Below are positions 45,786-53,697 of a stretch of DNA of 64,000 nt, piece by piece. Numbering within the stretch: position 1 is the first letter of the stretch; each line of letters starts with the position of its first letter. Below the pieces are notes generated by a model that was not told the origin of the DNA, did no database searches, and was given only the letters and a program-made list of their open reading frames with translations. The DNA comes from Dehalococcoidia bacterium (GTDB taxonomy: Bacteria > Chloroflexota > Dehalococcoidia > Lucifugimonadales > CAUZJF01): the NCBI GenBank assembly GCA_965237635.1, contig CBDEFX010000002.1, positions 1,983,432-2,047,431 on the forward strand, given 5' to 3'. A program made the translations under genes and the position numbers.

Positions 45786-46454
45786 TTATCCCCAGTCCAG
45801 GGGAGCACCAGAATAACCGCCCTCCTGAAGACTTCTGAGCCACTCGACGAACTGAACGATAGTTCCTCCTGAGAAGCTATTGCGGTGTCCAATTCCCGCA
45901 TGAACGATGTTCGTCCCACCGAATGTAGGGATCTTCTGTCCCTGACCGCCGAAATAGACGAAGTCGTCACTGACGAGAACGCGGTTCACGGACGTATCGC
46001 GGCGGACGTTGTGAATATTGAGCGCGCCATCATGCAAGCTGTGGTGCGAGTCGGCCTGAAGCCATGAGCCACTGATCTCGTCCCACTGGTATATGTTGTC
46101 TCCAAAGGCTCGCATCTTGCTCGCGTGTAGGTTGGGACGCTTGTTGTTGAAACGAGGGTCATTCCAATAGTCATTAAACGACACGGCCTCACTGACCCGC
46201 ATGGCATAGACAAGGTGTCCGTCTCGCTGCCTAGTTTTTGAACCCGTGCCAACCACCCAGTCTCCAATCGTGGCTGCTTGCCTGATTTTTGGCTTACAGG
46301 TAGCTAGTGTGCACAAGCCGTAGAAGGGATTCGGAGCGAATCCAAAATCCCTGGCTACTACGTATGAGTGCAGTCTCGTCACTGGGGAGTCTATCCACAG
46401 GAGTGTCTCGGGATAGGCCGACGATCCCGGCTGGATCCATCCTGGTTGAACCAA
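45786..46454 (-). CDS. Nmad2-like (nucleotide-modification-associated domain 2) protein
   Basis: LHSYVVARDFGFAPNPFYGLCTLATCKPKIRQAATIGDWVVGTGS matches my memory of the Nmad2 N-terminal signature. The ATG at 46454 overlaps the upstream TIR gene by 64 nt. An alternative GTG at 46382 lies 9 nt after that gene's stop. Confidence 0.55.
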   Translation of the reverse strand: MVQPGWIQPGSSAYPETLLWIDSPVTRLHSYVVARDFGFAPNPFYGLCTLATCKPKIRQAATIGDWVVGTGSKTRQRDGHLVYAMRVSEAVSFNDYWNDPRFNNKRPNLHASKMRAFGDNIYQWDEISGSWLQADSHHSLHDGALNIHNVRRDTSVNRVLVSDDFVYFGGQGQKIPTFGGTNIVHAGIGHRNSFSGGTIVQFVEWLRSLQEGGYSGAPLDWG

Positions 46455-46867
46455 CCATCAGAGTCGCCGTTTATGGTATCAATGATGCTCTCACCATGCC
46501 AACCAACAATTGCGTCACCATATCGGTCAAGTGCCTCTGGCAGTTCACAGTCCTTGGAACCCCATTCCCATACGCCTACAATCCTCTTCCCAAGTTTGTG
46601 GGCCTGCTCGATTTCCCAGTCCACCCAATCGCTATCCTTAGTGTCTGGGGACACATACACGACGAGCACACCGGCCCACCTGATATGAGGTGCCAGTATC
46701 TGGCTCTTGATGTAGTCCGGGTTGCTGGCTGCGTTCGGTTTGTCCGAAGTAATGGATGAGTCACGCAATGTCATGCCATGCTTCTGGGTTAAGTCCTTAA
46801 TGCGAGTAAGGCCCTCATCATCCTCATGTATGTGACTGATAAAGACATTCCGCGTATCGTCCTCCAT
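46391..46867 (-). CDS. TIR-domain protein embedded in the nucleotide-modification operon
   Basis: RNVFISHIHEDDEGLTRIKDL, VLVVYVSPDTKDSDWVDWEIEQAHKLGKRIVGV (W..E Glu present). The ATG lies 3 nt after the ThyA-like stop and AAGGAG lies upstream. Confidence 0.7.
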   Translation of the reverse strand: MEDDTRNVFISHIHEDDEGLTRIKDLTQKHGMTLRDSSITSDKPNAASNPDYIKSQILAPHIRWAGVLVVYVSPDTKDSDWVDWEIEQAHKLGKRIVGVWEWGSKDCELPEALDRYGDAIVGWHGESIIDTINGDSDGWFNQDGSSRDRRPIPRHSCG

Positions 46868-46870
46868 CGT

Positions 46871-47948
46871 CTACCACTCCTTTCCCAGACGTTGTCGACG
46901 TCTACTAGCTTGACTAGGGCTGTCACTGGATCTACTCGTCTGCCTCTGTCTGCTCGAGCACCATCTGGACCAAAGCTGTTGATAAACGGGATTGGTGCAG
47001 CGAGACATGATGCGGGCTGCGGAGTCCGTCAGCCCACGGCGGCGTAGAGCTTCTGCCGTGAGGACCGCCGCCATGTTCCTGTAAGCCTGGGGTGCGCTGT
47101 CCCAGGAGGCCAACCCTTCGAGCGTATCCGGATCGGCCTTCGGGTCGATCATTTGCTCAACGCGGCTCTCCAGCTCCTTGAATACCCGATCTGACACCTG
47201 CCTAGTCAGGGTCAGGCAGTCGTCATTCGGCGAAACACTCGGCAGACCCCTTGAAGCCATCACGTTCTCCCAGCGACGGTCGTACACGTGCAGGCTGTCG
47301 CTTATCTGGGTGTACGAACCGCACTCGACTCCCAGCCACCCTGCCAGTATCTCCTGCATGGCTGTGAATTGAACAAAGTTGTGAGGAACTCCCAGGAACA
47401 TGTCATTGCTGCGGATGACCTGAAGCCACTCCAGCTTTCCGTCACGAAGCTTCGGCATCGCAACTACGTTGCACGGGGTGTCACAATCAGCTGGAGTCCC
47501 GTCATATGCAGGCAGGTCTAGTCGGGAATCCCAAATCTGCAGAACCACCTGCCTCGTGTTCGGATCGTGTTCAAGTACCTGGTAGGCCCGCTCAAGCTGG
47601 TCGATGCCAAGGTGGTGACGCAGGCGATTAGCCATAGGCTCCATGAAGCTCCGGGCCGGGCCCAACGAAGTCGTGATACCGGCTGTTCCAATATTCCAAG
47701 AATGCCAGGTCACGTCGTCCGGTCATAATCCAGACGACCTCCGCCAACGCAAAGGCCAAGTTCAACGGTGGCTCCCTGGAAACGACCCACCGCTGGCGCG
47801 GGTCTGCGATTGAGATTGCGACATGAAGAATTTCTCTGGTCGGACCTCCTCTGCTGCTTTGGCTGCCCACCCCTTCCGACCGTCGAAATGCGTCAGCCGC
47901 CTGCTGCCACACGTCATCGGCCGATTGCCCCTGAAAGGCCGAAATCAC
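46871..47948 (-). pseudogene. Thymidylate synthase (ThyA)-family pyrimidine methylase/hydroxymethylase homologue with a 1-nt frameshift near 47630
   Basis: N-terminal ORF (47948-47628): TREILHVAISIADPRQRW...LNLAFALAEVVWIMTGRRDL..LEYW......GPGPELHGAYG*. The second frame reads NRLRHHLGIDQLERAYQVLEHDPNTRQVVLQIWD....DTPCNVVAM.KLRDGKLEWLQVIRSNDMFLGVPHNFVQFTAMQEILAGWLG...G.Y.QISDSLHVY. Deleting one T in ggc-t-aat gives GAYGNRLR, the family consensus. Confidence 0.75.
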
Positions 47949-49642
47949 TCTGACCCTCCTTGAAGAGGAAGCAGATGGTTAATGCCCCACTTGGGAGGGT
48001 ACCAATACCCTATGGGTTTCGGTGAGGGACGATACAGCTGCTTGATACGAGTGCGCTTGCTGAGCCCCTTGATCTCTGGATGTTTCACACGCGCGTACTT
48101 TGACACCTCGCAGAAGAGGTTTTGGCAGTCAATAAGCTGTAGCCGCCGCCCTCCCAGCGTACGGAACTTCAGTCCCAGCCTCTCGAACTCACGCTCTTGG
48201 CTCTCCGTAACCAATTTGATGATATCGGCATCGTTCAGGCCGCTCTGATCTGTGAAACACTTGCGAATGCCATCCAGGGCTCCTGGCCCGGGCACAACGA
48301 ACTCCATCTCGGAGAAATCGGTAAATTCGCTGTAGTTGAGGTCCGTAGCGAACTGATAAGCAAGGAAGTTACCTATGGTCGGGTATGACCGGAGCACATC
48401 GAAGGCCTCGGCCATGGTCGACGCCTCAGTGATCCTTTGCGGCACCTCATCCTCCATCATCCGTTCCAGTAGCATCAGGTGATTGCGATGCTTCTGAGAT
48501 TGGCCGAACGAACTCCTGCCTGACGGCATCATGTAGGCCGCCGAGTAGATTCTTGTGCCGGCCGCAAGAGCCTCCGTCAGCACACGGTCGTACTTCTGGA
48601 AGGAGTAGTCGGCATGACTGATCGTCGTCAGCTGACCGCGCAACATCTCCCACGTATCGATTTTGTTGAAAAGCTTGAAGAGGATGGTGCGGAAGAACAC
48701 TTCCTCCGGCGACGGGTCCCCATCGTATATAACGTGCCTGATGAGGTACTGGCTCACGCGATCCGATGCCCGATAGGCATTGGTGAACTTATGCTTGGCG
48801 AGGATAGGGTCGGTCGTCCACGGAGCGGGAAGTCCTTCGAGCTTGCGGAAGAACACCTCCTGACGCTCGACAGCAAAGCGCCAGTAGCTCTCATACACGA
48901 CCGTGGTTCCAGCCGACGCTAGCGTTGTGAAGGCCGATGTAGCCTTTGTGGGAGGAGGGAGAAGGGGCAACTGGTCACTAGGTCCCCGCAGCGGGCTGGC
49001 CAAGTCGGCAGGAGCGTCATGTCGCACGTCAGGAATTAGGCCTTGGAGACAGGCGAGTAGCTGACTGAGAGAGTCTTCCACCGCTGAATCATTCTGTATT
49101 CGGTGGATAGGGTACTGGCCCTTCTCGTTGTCTGAAAGTATCTGGTAGCCCTCTCGCAGCGGTGTGCAGTCCTCACCATCAAATGCCTCCCCGGACCGGT
49201 CGACCAAGAAGAGGGCATCGGGCTTGATGCCACGCCAATGTAGACGCTCTGCCTGAATCAAGGCGTCCAAAGTGGGGCTCTCGACCGACGCTGCCCGACC
49301 GTAGACCCAGGTCGACCACCAAAAGCGGTCGAGGATCACCCAACGACCTTCACGGAGCGCCGGTAGGATACGCTGTTCTATCTCATCCAGATGTGCGGCG
49401 ATGTGTAGGGCTTGCAGGCTCGTGCCTGTTATCGCCTTTAGCCCATACGAAGCCGGGGCGTGATGCACGTCATAGACCAGTCGGCCAACGGTCCCCTCAT
49501 CCTTACCTGGAAACGATAGGTGGTCGCATATGAGGCCCATTGCCTTGAGCTTGTCGGCGAGGGCTCGTGAAAGCGTGGACTTTCCGACGCCGTCAGGTCC
49601 CTCAAAGACGATTAGCCTTCTTGAATTCATCACCTCAGGCAT
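47945..49642 (-). CDS. Fusion of a dNMP (thymidylate)-kinase-like P-loop domain and an aGPT-pyrophosphorylase-like (DNA base hypermodification) domain
   Basis: N-terminus LIVFEGPDGVGKSTLSRALADKL...VILDRFWWSTWVYG is Tmk-like. C-terminal ~350 aa: FTNAYRASDRVSQYLIRHVIY, FRTILFKLFNKIDTWE, YPTIGNFLAYQFATDLNY, QNLFCEVSKY. I recognise these as the alpha-glutamyl/putrescinyl-thymine pyrophosphorylase family, with moderate certainty. The stop overlaps the ThyA-like GTG (GTGA). The start is chosen at ATG 49642, after GGGAGAG. Confidence 0.6.
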   Translation of the reverse strand: MPEVMNSRRLIVFEGPDGVGKSTLSRALADKLKAMGLICDHLSFPGKDEGTVGRLVYDVHHAPASYGLKAITGTSLQALHIAAHLDEIEQRILPALREGRWVILDRFWWSTWVYGRAASVESPTLDALIQAERLHWRGIKPDALFLVDRSGEAFDGEDCTPLREGYQILSDNEKGQYPIHRIQNDSAVEDSLSQLLACLQGLIPDVRHDAPADLASPLRGPSDQLPLLPPPTKATSAFTTLASAGTTVVYESYWRFAVERQEVFFRKLEGLPAPWTTDPILAKHKFTNAYRASDRVSQYLIRHVIYDGDPSPEEVFFRTILFKLFNKIDTWEMLRGQLTTISHADYSFQKYDRVLTEALAAGTRIYSAAYMMPSGRSSFGQSQKHRNHLMLLERMMEDEVPQRITEASTMAEAFDVLRSYPTIGNFLAYQFATDLNYSEFTDFSEMEFVVPGPGALDGIRKCFTDQSGLNDADIIKLVTESQEREFERLGLKFRTLGGRRLQLIDCQNLFCEVSKYARVKHPEIKGLSKRTRIKQLYRPSPKPIGYWYPPKWGINHLLPLQGGSE

Positions 49643-49840
49643 GCACGCTCTCCCTTGAATCAGTTCCTGCCTGATCCTCAAAGTCCAATAGGTCCGACTC
49701 CACCCGGCGGGCCGGTCTAGCCGAGTCCCTCTTGGCTTTGCGCTGAGTTCCTACCTGCAGGGCGACTCCGGTGAGGTTTGCGATACAGAAGGAGGAGTTG
49801 CCTAACTCGACAGCACACCACCCGACTCGCCCCGGCACAG

Positions 49841-51214
49841 CTACCTCGAGGCTCCAAGATATCGCTGCACATCTGCTTCATCCCCTCTGCCTCTTATCCC
49901 TGAGCAGTGGTAGCAGTCAGGGTCGGGGTTTTTGGTTGGAATGGTGACGACGCCTCTCTCACCATAGTATTTCAGGACGTTCTTTGGTTGCCGCGGTACG
50001 CCGGTAGTCGCCAGCATGAACTCCGTCACTCCGAGAGAGGCGATTACGCCATTGATGGACACCACTGAAGGACCAGCTTCCCCCAAGTCATCAATGGGAA
50101 CCCCGTAAATGGCCGCGTGGTCCTTTCTCTGTTCGTCGCTCATCAAATCGATTCGGGCCGCTTGAAGGTCGAGTTCGTCGTAACAGACCAGGCAACCGGT
50201 GTCGTCGCCTACTACACACACCCTACCTCCATACTTTGTACCCCCCTCGACGATATCTGACGCCAGGTCAAAGTAGGGCTTGGCATAGGCCAGACATAGT
50301 TCATTTAGAATCAGACGTGACCCATCGTTGTCCATACACCCGAACACATAGTCAGCCTCCATGATGGCATCAAAGGCAGGTTGACCTCGCAGGCATTCAG
50401 CAATGGTGACGACCTCTACCTCCGGATTGATTTCACCAGCAAGCCGTCTCCCGAGATCAACCTTTGGCATGCCAGGAACGAGATCGTCATGCCTTAGACC
50501 AACGTAACGATTGCGATTTGTCTCGTCGACCTCTTCGGAGTCGATCAAAACCAGCCTCCCCATGCCGAGGAGGGCAAGCTGCTGAACGACGTGAGTCCCC
50601 AGGCCACCAACTCCAACAACCGCAACGCTGGCGGCCCTTAGAGAATCCTGCCCACTCTGACCGAAGAAGCGAACGTTGCGATCGTACCTCTCGCTATCCA
50701 CGACAAGGGATGACAGCCTGGTGGGCTGGAACGCTCTGTCTCCCACGACGATGCCGTCCAGGTGCTGAGGTTTCTCGGGATCCATCATCCACGCAAGGGC
50801 ATCGAAGTCGGTGTGCGTGACCACCACGGCGAAATAGGGTCTCTTCCTGAGACGCCACCGAACATGAGGAACGAACTCCCGTAGCCCGCGCCGGTCCAAT
50901 GGGGAGAATCTTACTGGCTGGGGACCTAAGTGGGAGTGGAATTCGACTATCGAAGCGCCAAGGTCGTGAGCTCGCTTGATGACACTGGCCCGGAATTCGT
51001 CATTAAGCTCTAGGTGGTACCAACTATTCTCAACTAAGCCGTCTGGAGGGACGGGATACCATTCGACATGCTCGTAGACTTGGGTATCGTCGGTGTGAAA
51101 CCCTGGCACGACAAACATGAACCCCGCAGACTCTGACTCCTCGTTGTTCTCAAGGAGATGTGCCAAGACCTCCTCGTAGACGCTCCTAGGGACATGGAGA
51201 AGAACTCGGCCCAT
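49841..51214 (-). CDS. JAB/MPN (JAMM) peptidase fused to a ThiF/E1-like adenylyltransferase
   Basis: N-terminus ESAGFMF ... EFHSHLGPQPVRFSPLDRR is a JAMM-like E...HxH...S..D. C-terminus VAVVGVGGLGTHVVQQLALLGMGRLVLIDSEEVDETNRNRY, FGCMDNDGSR, plus CLVC and CYHC pairs. The ATG lies 1 nt after the E2 stop (TAGCATG). Confidence 0.8.
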   Translation of the reverse strand: MGRVLLHVPRSVYEEVLAHLLENNEESESAGFMFVVPGFHTDDTQVYEHVEWYPVPPDGLVENSWYHLELNDEFRASVIKRAHDLGASIVEFHSHLGPQPVRFSPLDRRGLREFVPHVRWRLRKRPYFAVVVTHTDFDALAWMMDPEKPQHLDGIVVGDRAFQPTRLSSLVVDSERYDRNVRFFGQSGQDSLRAASVAVVGVGGLGTHVVQQLALLGMGRLVLIDSEEVDETNRNRYVGLRHDDLVPGMPKVDLGRRLAGEINPEVEVVTIAECLRGQPAFDAIMEADYVFGCMDNDGSRLILNELCLAYAKPYFDLASDIVEGGTKYGGRVCVVGDDTGCLVCYDELDLQAARIDLMSDEQRKDHAAIYGVPIDDLGEAGPSVVSINGVIASLGVTEFMLATTGVPRQPKNVLKYYGERGVVTIPTKNPDPDCYHCSGIRGRGDEADVQRYLGASR

Positions 51215-51215
51215 G

Positions 51216-51605
51216 CTAAGCCCCCTCCTGGAACCTGTCGGCGAAGCCTCTTGCCCACTGAAGAAGATTGGATCCCCTTGGGGTGTCCGCCGTTGGTTTC
51301 CATACTATCGGGGTCCACGAAAAGAAGCCCCACGTTTCTCCGAATGGAGGTTGATTGGAGGCCGGGTCCGTGTAGTTGTTTGGAGTAGCTCCTTCGAACT
51401 GTATCCCCGACGGAACGAAGAATCCGTACAGTGGTGCCGCGGGATACCCATCACTGACTTGGAACGCCACATCAGTTGCCGCTCTGTTCCATCCTTCGGG
51501 AAGTGGATACGACGGCAGGCATACCCAGCGCCCGTCCTCTTGGTACACGACGTCTGGGAATACCTGCCGGATGAGCGTCAGCTCGGCCTCAATACGCTCC
51601 GTCAC
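51216..51605 (-). CDS. Prokaryotic E2/UBC-like protein (Prok-E2_E-like)
   Basis: 130 aa from GTG 51605. TERIEAELTLIRQVFPDVVYQEDGRWVCLPSYPLPEGWNRAATDVAFQVSDGYPAAPLYGFFVP matches the pattern of E2/UBC proteins that accompany multiubiquitin + E1 + JAB genes. The long track extension to 51938 overlaps the Ubl gene in another frame. Confidence 0.6.
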   Translation of the reverse strand: MTERIEAELTLIRQVFPDVVYQEDGRWVCLPSYPLPEGWNRAATDVAFQVSDGYPAAPLYGFFVPSGIQFEGATPNNYTDPASNQPPFGETWGFFSWTPIVWKPTADTPRGSNLLQWARGFADRFQEGA

Positions 51606-51610
51606 GACGC

Positions 51611-51853
51611 CTAGCCCCGCTGGAATCTGATCTTCTTCGAGAAGCCTATTCCCGGCCTCAGCTTTACTACCTCGCCTGGCTCCAAGTTTCGTTCGGTGCC
51701 GTCCTCCAGATCTATCAGTACCACGCCTGCTGAGACATCCCAGCCGCCGAGTGCGGCTACCTCTTCCGTGGTAATAGTGTCCTTCTCCCAGGGCTTGAAC
51801 GCACCCTCGATGTCTACTTCGTACTTGGCGTCGCGTACGGTCTGCTCGCTCAT
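51611..51853 (-). CDS. Ubiquitin-like (single multiubiquitin/beta-grasp-type domain) protein ending in Gly
   Basis: 80 aa, YEVDIEGAFKPWEKDTITTEEVAALGGWD...VVLIDLEDGTERNLEPGEVVKLRPGIGFSKKIRFQRG*. A strong RBS (AAGGAGA) lies 9 nt upstream. The C-terminal residue before the stop is Gly. Confidence 0.6.
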   Translation of the reverse strand: MSEQTVRDAKYEVDIEGAFKPWEKDTITTEEVAALGGWDVSAGVVLIDLEDGTERNLEPGEVVKLRPGIGFSKKIRFQRG

Positions 51854-51963
51854 GATTAGCTATCTCCTTCTGCCCTAGATCGGGGCCATGACTTGGGATC
51901 CTTGTGGTAAGGATACGAAGGGGCGCTCGCGATGTCAAGCGGTACTGCTCTAGAGCTTAAACG

Positions 51964-51992
51964 TTGACAAATGGACACTCGGCCATTACTCT
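51964..51992 (+). promoter_or_regulatory. Candidate sigma-70-type promoter of the XRE/ImmA operon (TTGACA-17-TACTCT), with an upstream palindrome
   Basis: TTGACA at 51964-51969, a 17-nt spacer, then TACTCT at 51987-51992, ~35 nt before ATG 52027. A perfect 10-bp palindrome GCTCTAGAGC lies at 51947-51956 and an ATCCTT-N5-AAGGAT repeat at 51898-51914 in the divergent intergenic region. Confidence 0.4.
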
Positions 51993-52026
51993 CACCTACA
52001 GATAGCTCAGAAGAGGTGACGCAAGA

Positions 52027-52422
52027 ATGAACCTTGGCACGTACCTAAGGCAGGTAAGGGAAGAGCGTCAACTCTCTCTCAGAGACGTAGAGCGCCTTGC
52101 CAAAGAGAGGGAACTCAGCGCAGACGTGAGTAGTGGATATCTCAGCATGTTGGAGCGAGATGCAGTTAAGCAGCCGGCACCTAGGGTCCTGCACACCCTT
52201 GCTGAGATCTATGAAGTCGACTACATCGATCTGATGCGTAAGGCAACTTACATTCCCGACGATGCCGATGTGAAGGGCGCCTCAGCAACTAAGGCCGCAT
52301 TCCGGGGTGTTTCTCAACTTTCAGAGGAACAACGCCAGCGCGTTCAGCGCATGATCGATTTTGAGCTGAGTGAGGGACGTGCCGCCAGGCACCGGCGCGG
52401 TTCAAGGGATGCTAATGGGTAG
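52027..52422 (+). CDS. XRE-family HTH transcriptional regulator
   Basis: LGTYLRQVREERQLSLRDVERLAKE....VSSGYLSMLERD. RBS AGAGGTGA. Divergent from the Ubl operon. Confidence 0.8.
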   Translation: MNLGTYLRQVREERQLSLRDVERLAKERELSADVSSGYLSMLERDAVKQPAPRVLHTLAEIYEVDYIDLMRKATYIPDDADVKGASATKAAFRGVSQLSEEQRQRVQRMIDFELSEGRAARHRRGSRDANG

Positions 52423-53293
52423 CACAGAAGAATCTAGTCGCCTATCAATCAGAAGCGAAGCCGAGCGTTTCCTTGCGATGCACGGATTTTCCGCGCCTCC
52501 GCTACCTTCAGATCAAGCTCTGGCTGCACGAAAGCTGGCCGTGTCTCAATTCTCCCTCGACGATTTGCTGCTGAAGGCCAATCTGCCACCCGAGGACAAC
52601 AAGAAGATTCAGGCCATGCTTGACGCCGACGCAAGAACCGTCGCATTCAAGAGAGACCTCCCTGAGAAAAAGAAGGATTGGGGTTCACTTCACGAGGTCG
52701 CTCACGAGTTCATCCCGTGGCAGAGAGATCTCCTGTACTACTGTCCTCTCCTTTGGCTTCCGGTGCACTTACAAGCCCAATTGGAAGCTGAGGCCGACCT
52801 TTTCGCCGCAGAGGCCTTCTTCTTTGGCAGCCAGTTTCACAAGCAAGCCTATTCCGGTGACCTCAGCCTCAGCACCGCCATTGAACTAGCGGCTGATGTT
52901 TACGGAACCTCTTTCCATGCAACGTTTGCGCATTACGTGGAAGAGAGCCCTTTGCCCCGCTGTCTACTAGTCTGGAAACCAAAGGGTGGGAACGGGTCAC
53001 TAGGATTAGCTGTAGGGCTTGAGTTGCATTACTACATTAAGTCCAAAAGCTTTCTCTGGCATATCGAACCTGGACAGATAGCGGACCCAGATGATGCTGT
53101 GAGTAAAGTGTTCATGGAGTCAGATCTCGGGGTCGTTAAGCACGAAATGGTGTTTCAGAGCGAGTCTGGTGAAGAGAACGTGACGGACGCTGAATCCTTC
53201 TCAAATTCATACAACACGTTTACGCTGATATCGCAGCCCGTGCGCAGACGTACGCAATTGGCCCTCGCGAAAGCCGCCAAAGCTGGACGCTAG
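52409..53293 (+). CDS. ImmA/IrrE-family (DUF955) zinc metallopeptidase
   Basis: HExxH motif in GSLHEVAHEFIPWQ. Its start overlaps the XRE stop. Length ~294 aa. Confidence 0.7.
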   Translation: MLMGSTEESSRLSIRSEAERFLAMHGFSAPPLPSDQALAARKLAVSQFSLDDLLLKANLPPEDNKKIQAMLDADARTVAFKRDLPEKKKDWGSLHEVAHEFIPWQRDLLYYCPLLWLPVHLQAQLEAEADLFAAEAFFFGSQFHKQAYSGDLSLSTAIELAADVYGTSFHATFAHYVEESPLPRCLLVWKPKGGNGSLGLAVGLELHYYIKSKSFLWHIEPGQIADPDDAVSKVFMESDLGVVKHEMVFQSESGEENVTDAESFSNSYNTFTLISQPVRRRTQLALAKAAKAGR

Positions 53294-53697
53294 AGAGCCA
53301 GGCAATCCACATCAGAGGGTAGCCTCATTGGCATGGAGGCCGGTATGGACGCCCTGCAGACTCTGTCTTTCGACAGTGCTACGTGAACAGAGCCGTCACA
53401 CTCACCACGACCGTCGCTCAGTCGGTAACCACGCCAGGTCGCTGCCGGCCCAGATCTGAAAGATGGCACTTCCTATTGTCCAAAGCCGGTTTCTGTAGTA
53501 CTGCCTACTGTCCAAGGCAGATTTGCAGAATCCCAAGCCATAATTCGAAGACGGTTCTGTCTATCGTCACAAAAGGCCCACCTGGGAAGGTTGGAATCGA
53601 TACCAGGGCTGCCGTGGCGAAACCACTTATCGATCCGCCCGACCTTTCGCTGTTGTATCCGAATCGCCCGCCCACGAGTATCGGGTCTTGGCAAGCT

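Noticed and set aside
44161-46867. A canonical Thoeris system, because TIR and ThsB-like genes are present
   Set aside because: No ThsA-type partner (SIR2-SLOG or Macro/TM) is present anywhere in the island. One TIR-like protein also lacks the catalytic Glu position.
49841-51853. The E1/E2/JAB genes as the Cap2/Cap3 accessory module of a type II CBASS
   Set aside because: There is no CD-NTase or effector adjacent. A dedicated Ubl gene is present, which CBASS lacks. JAB is fused N-terminally to E1, rather than E2 being fused to E1. The only NTase-like gene (63802) is 12 kb away, beyond an IS and pseudogenes.
51216-51938. The 240-aa version of the E2-like ORF
   Set aside because: Its N-terminal 110 residues overlap the Ubl gene out of frame and are Arg-rich shadow sequence. 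The E2-like homology starts at GTG 51605.
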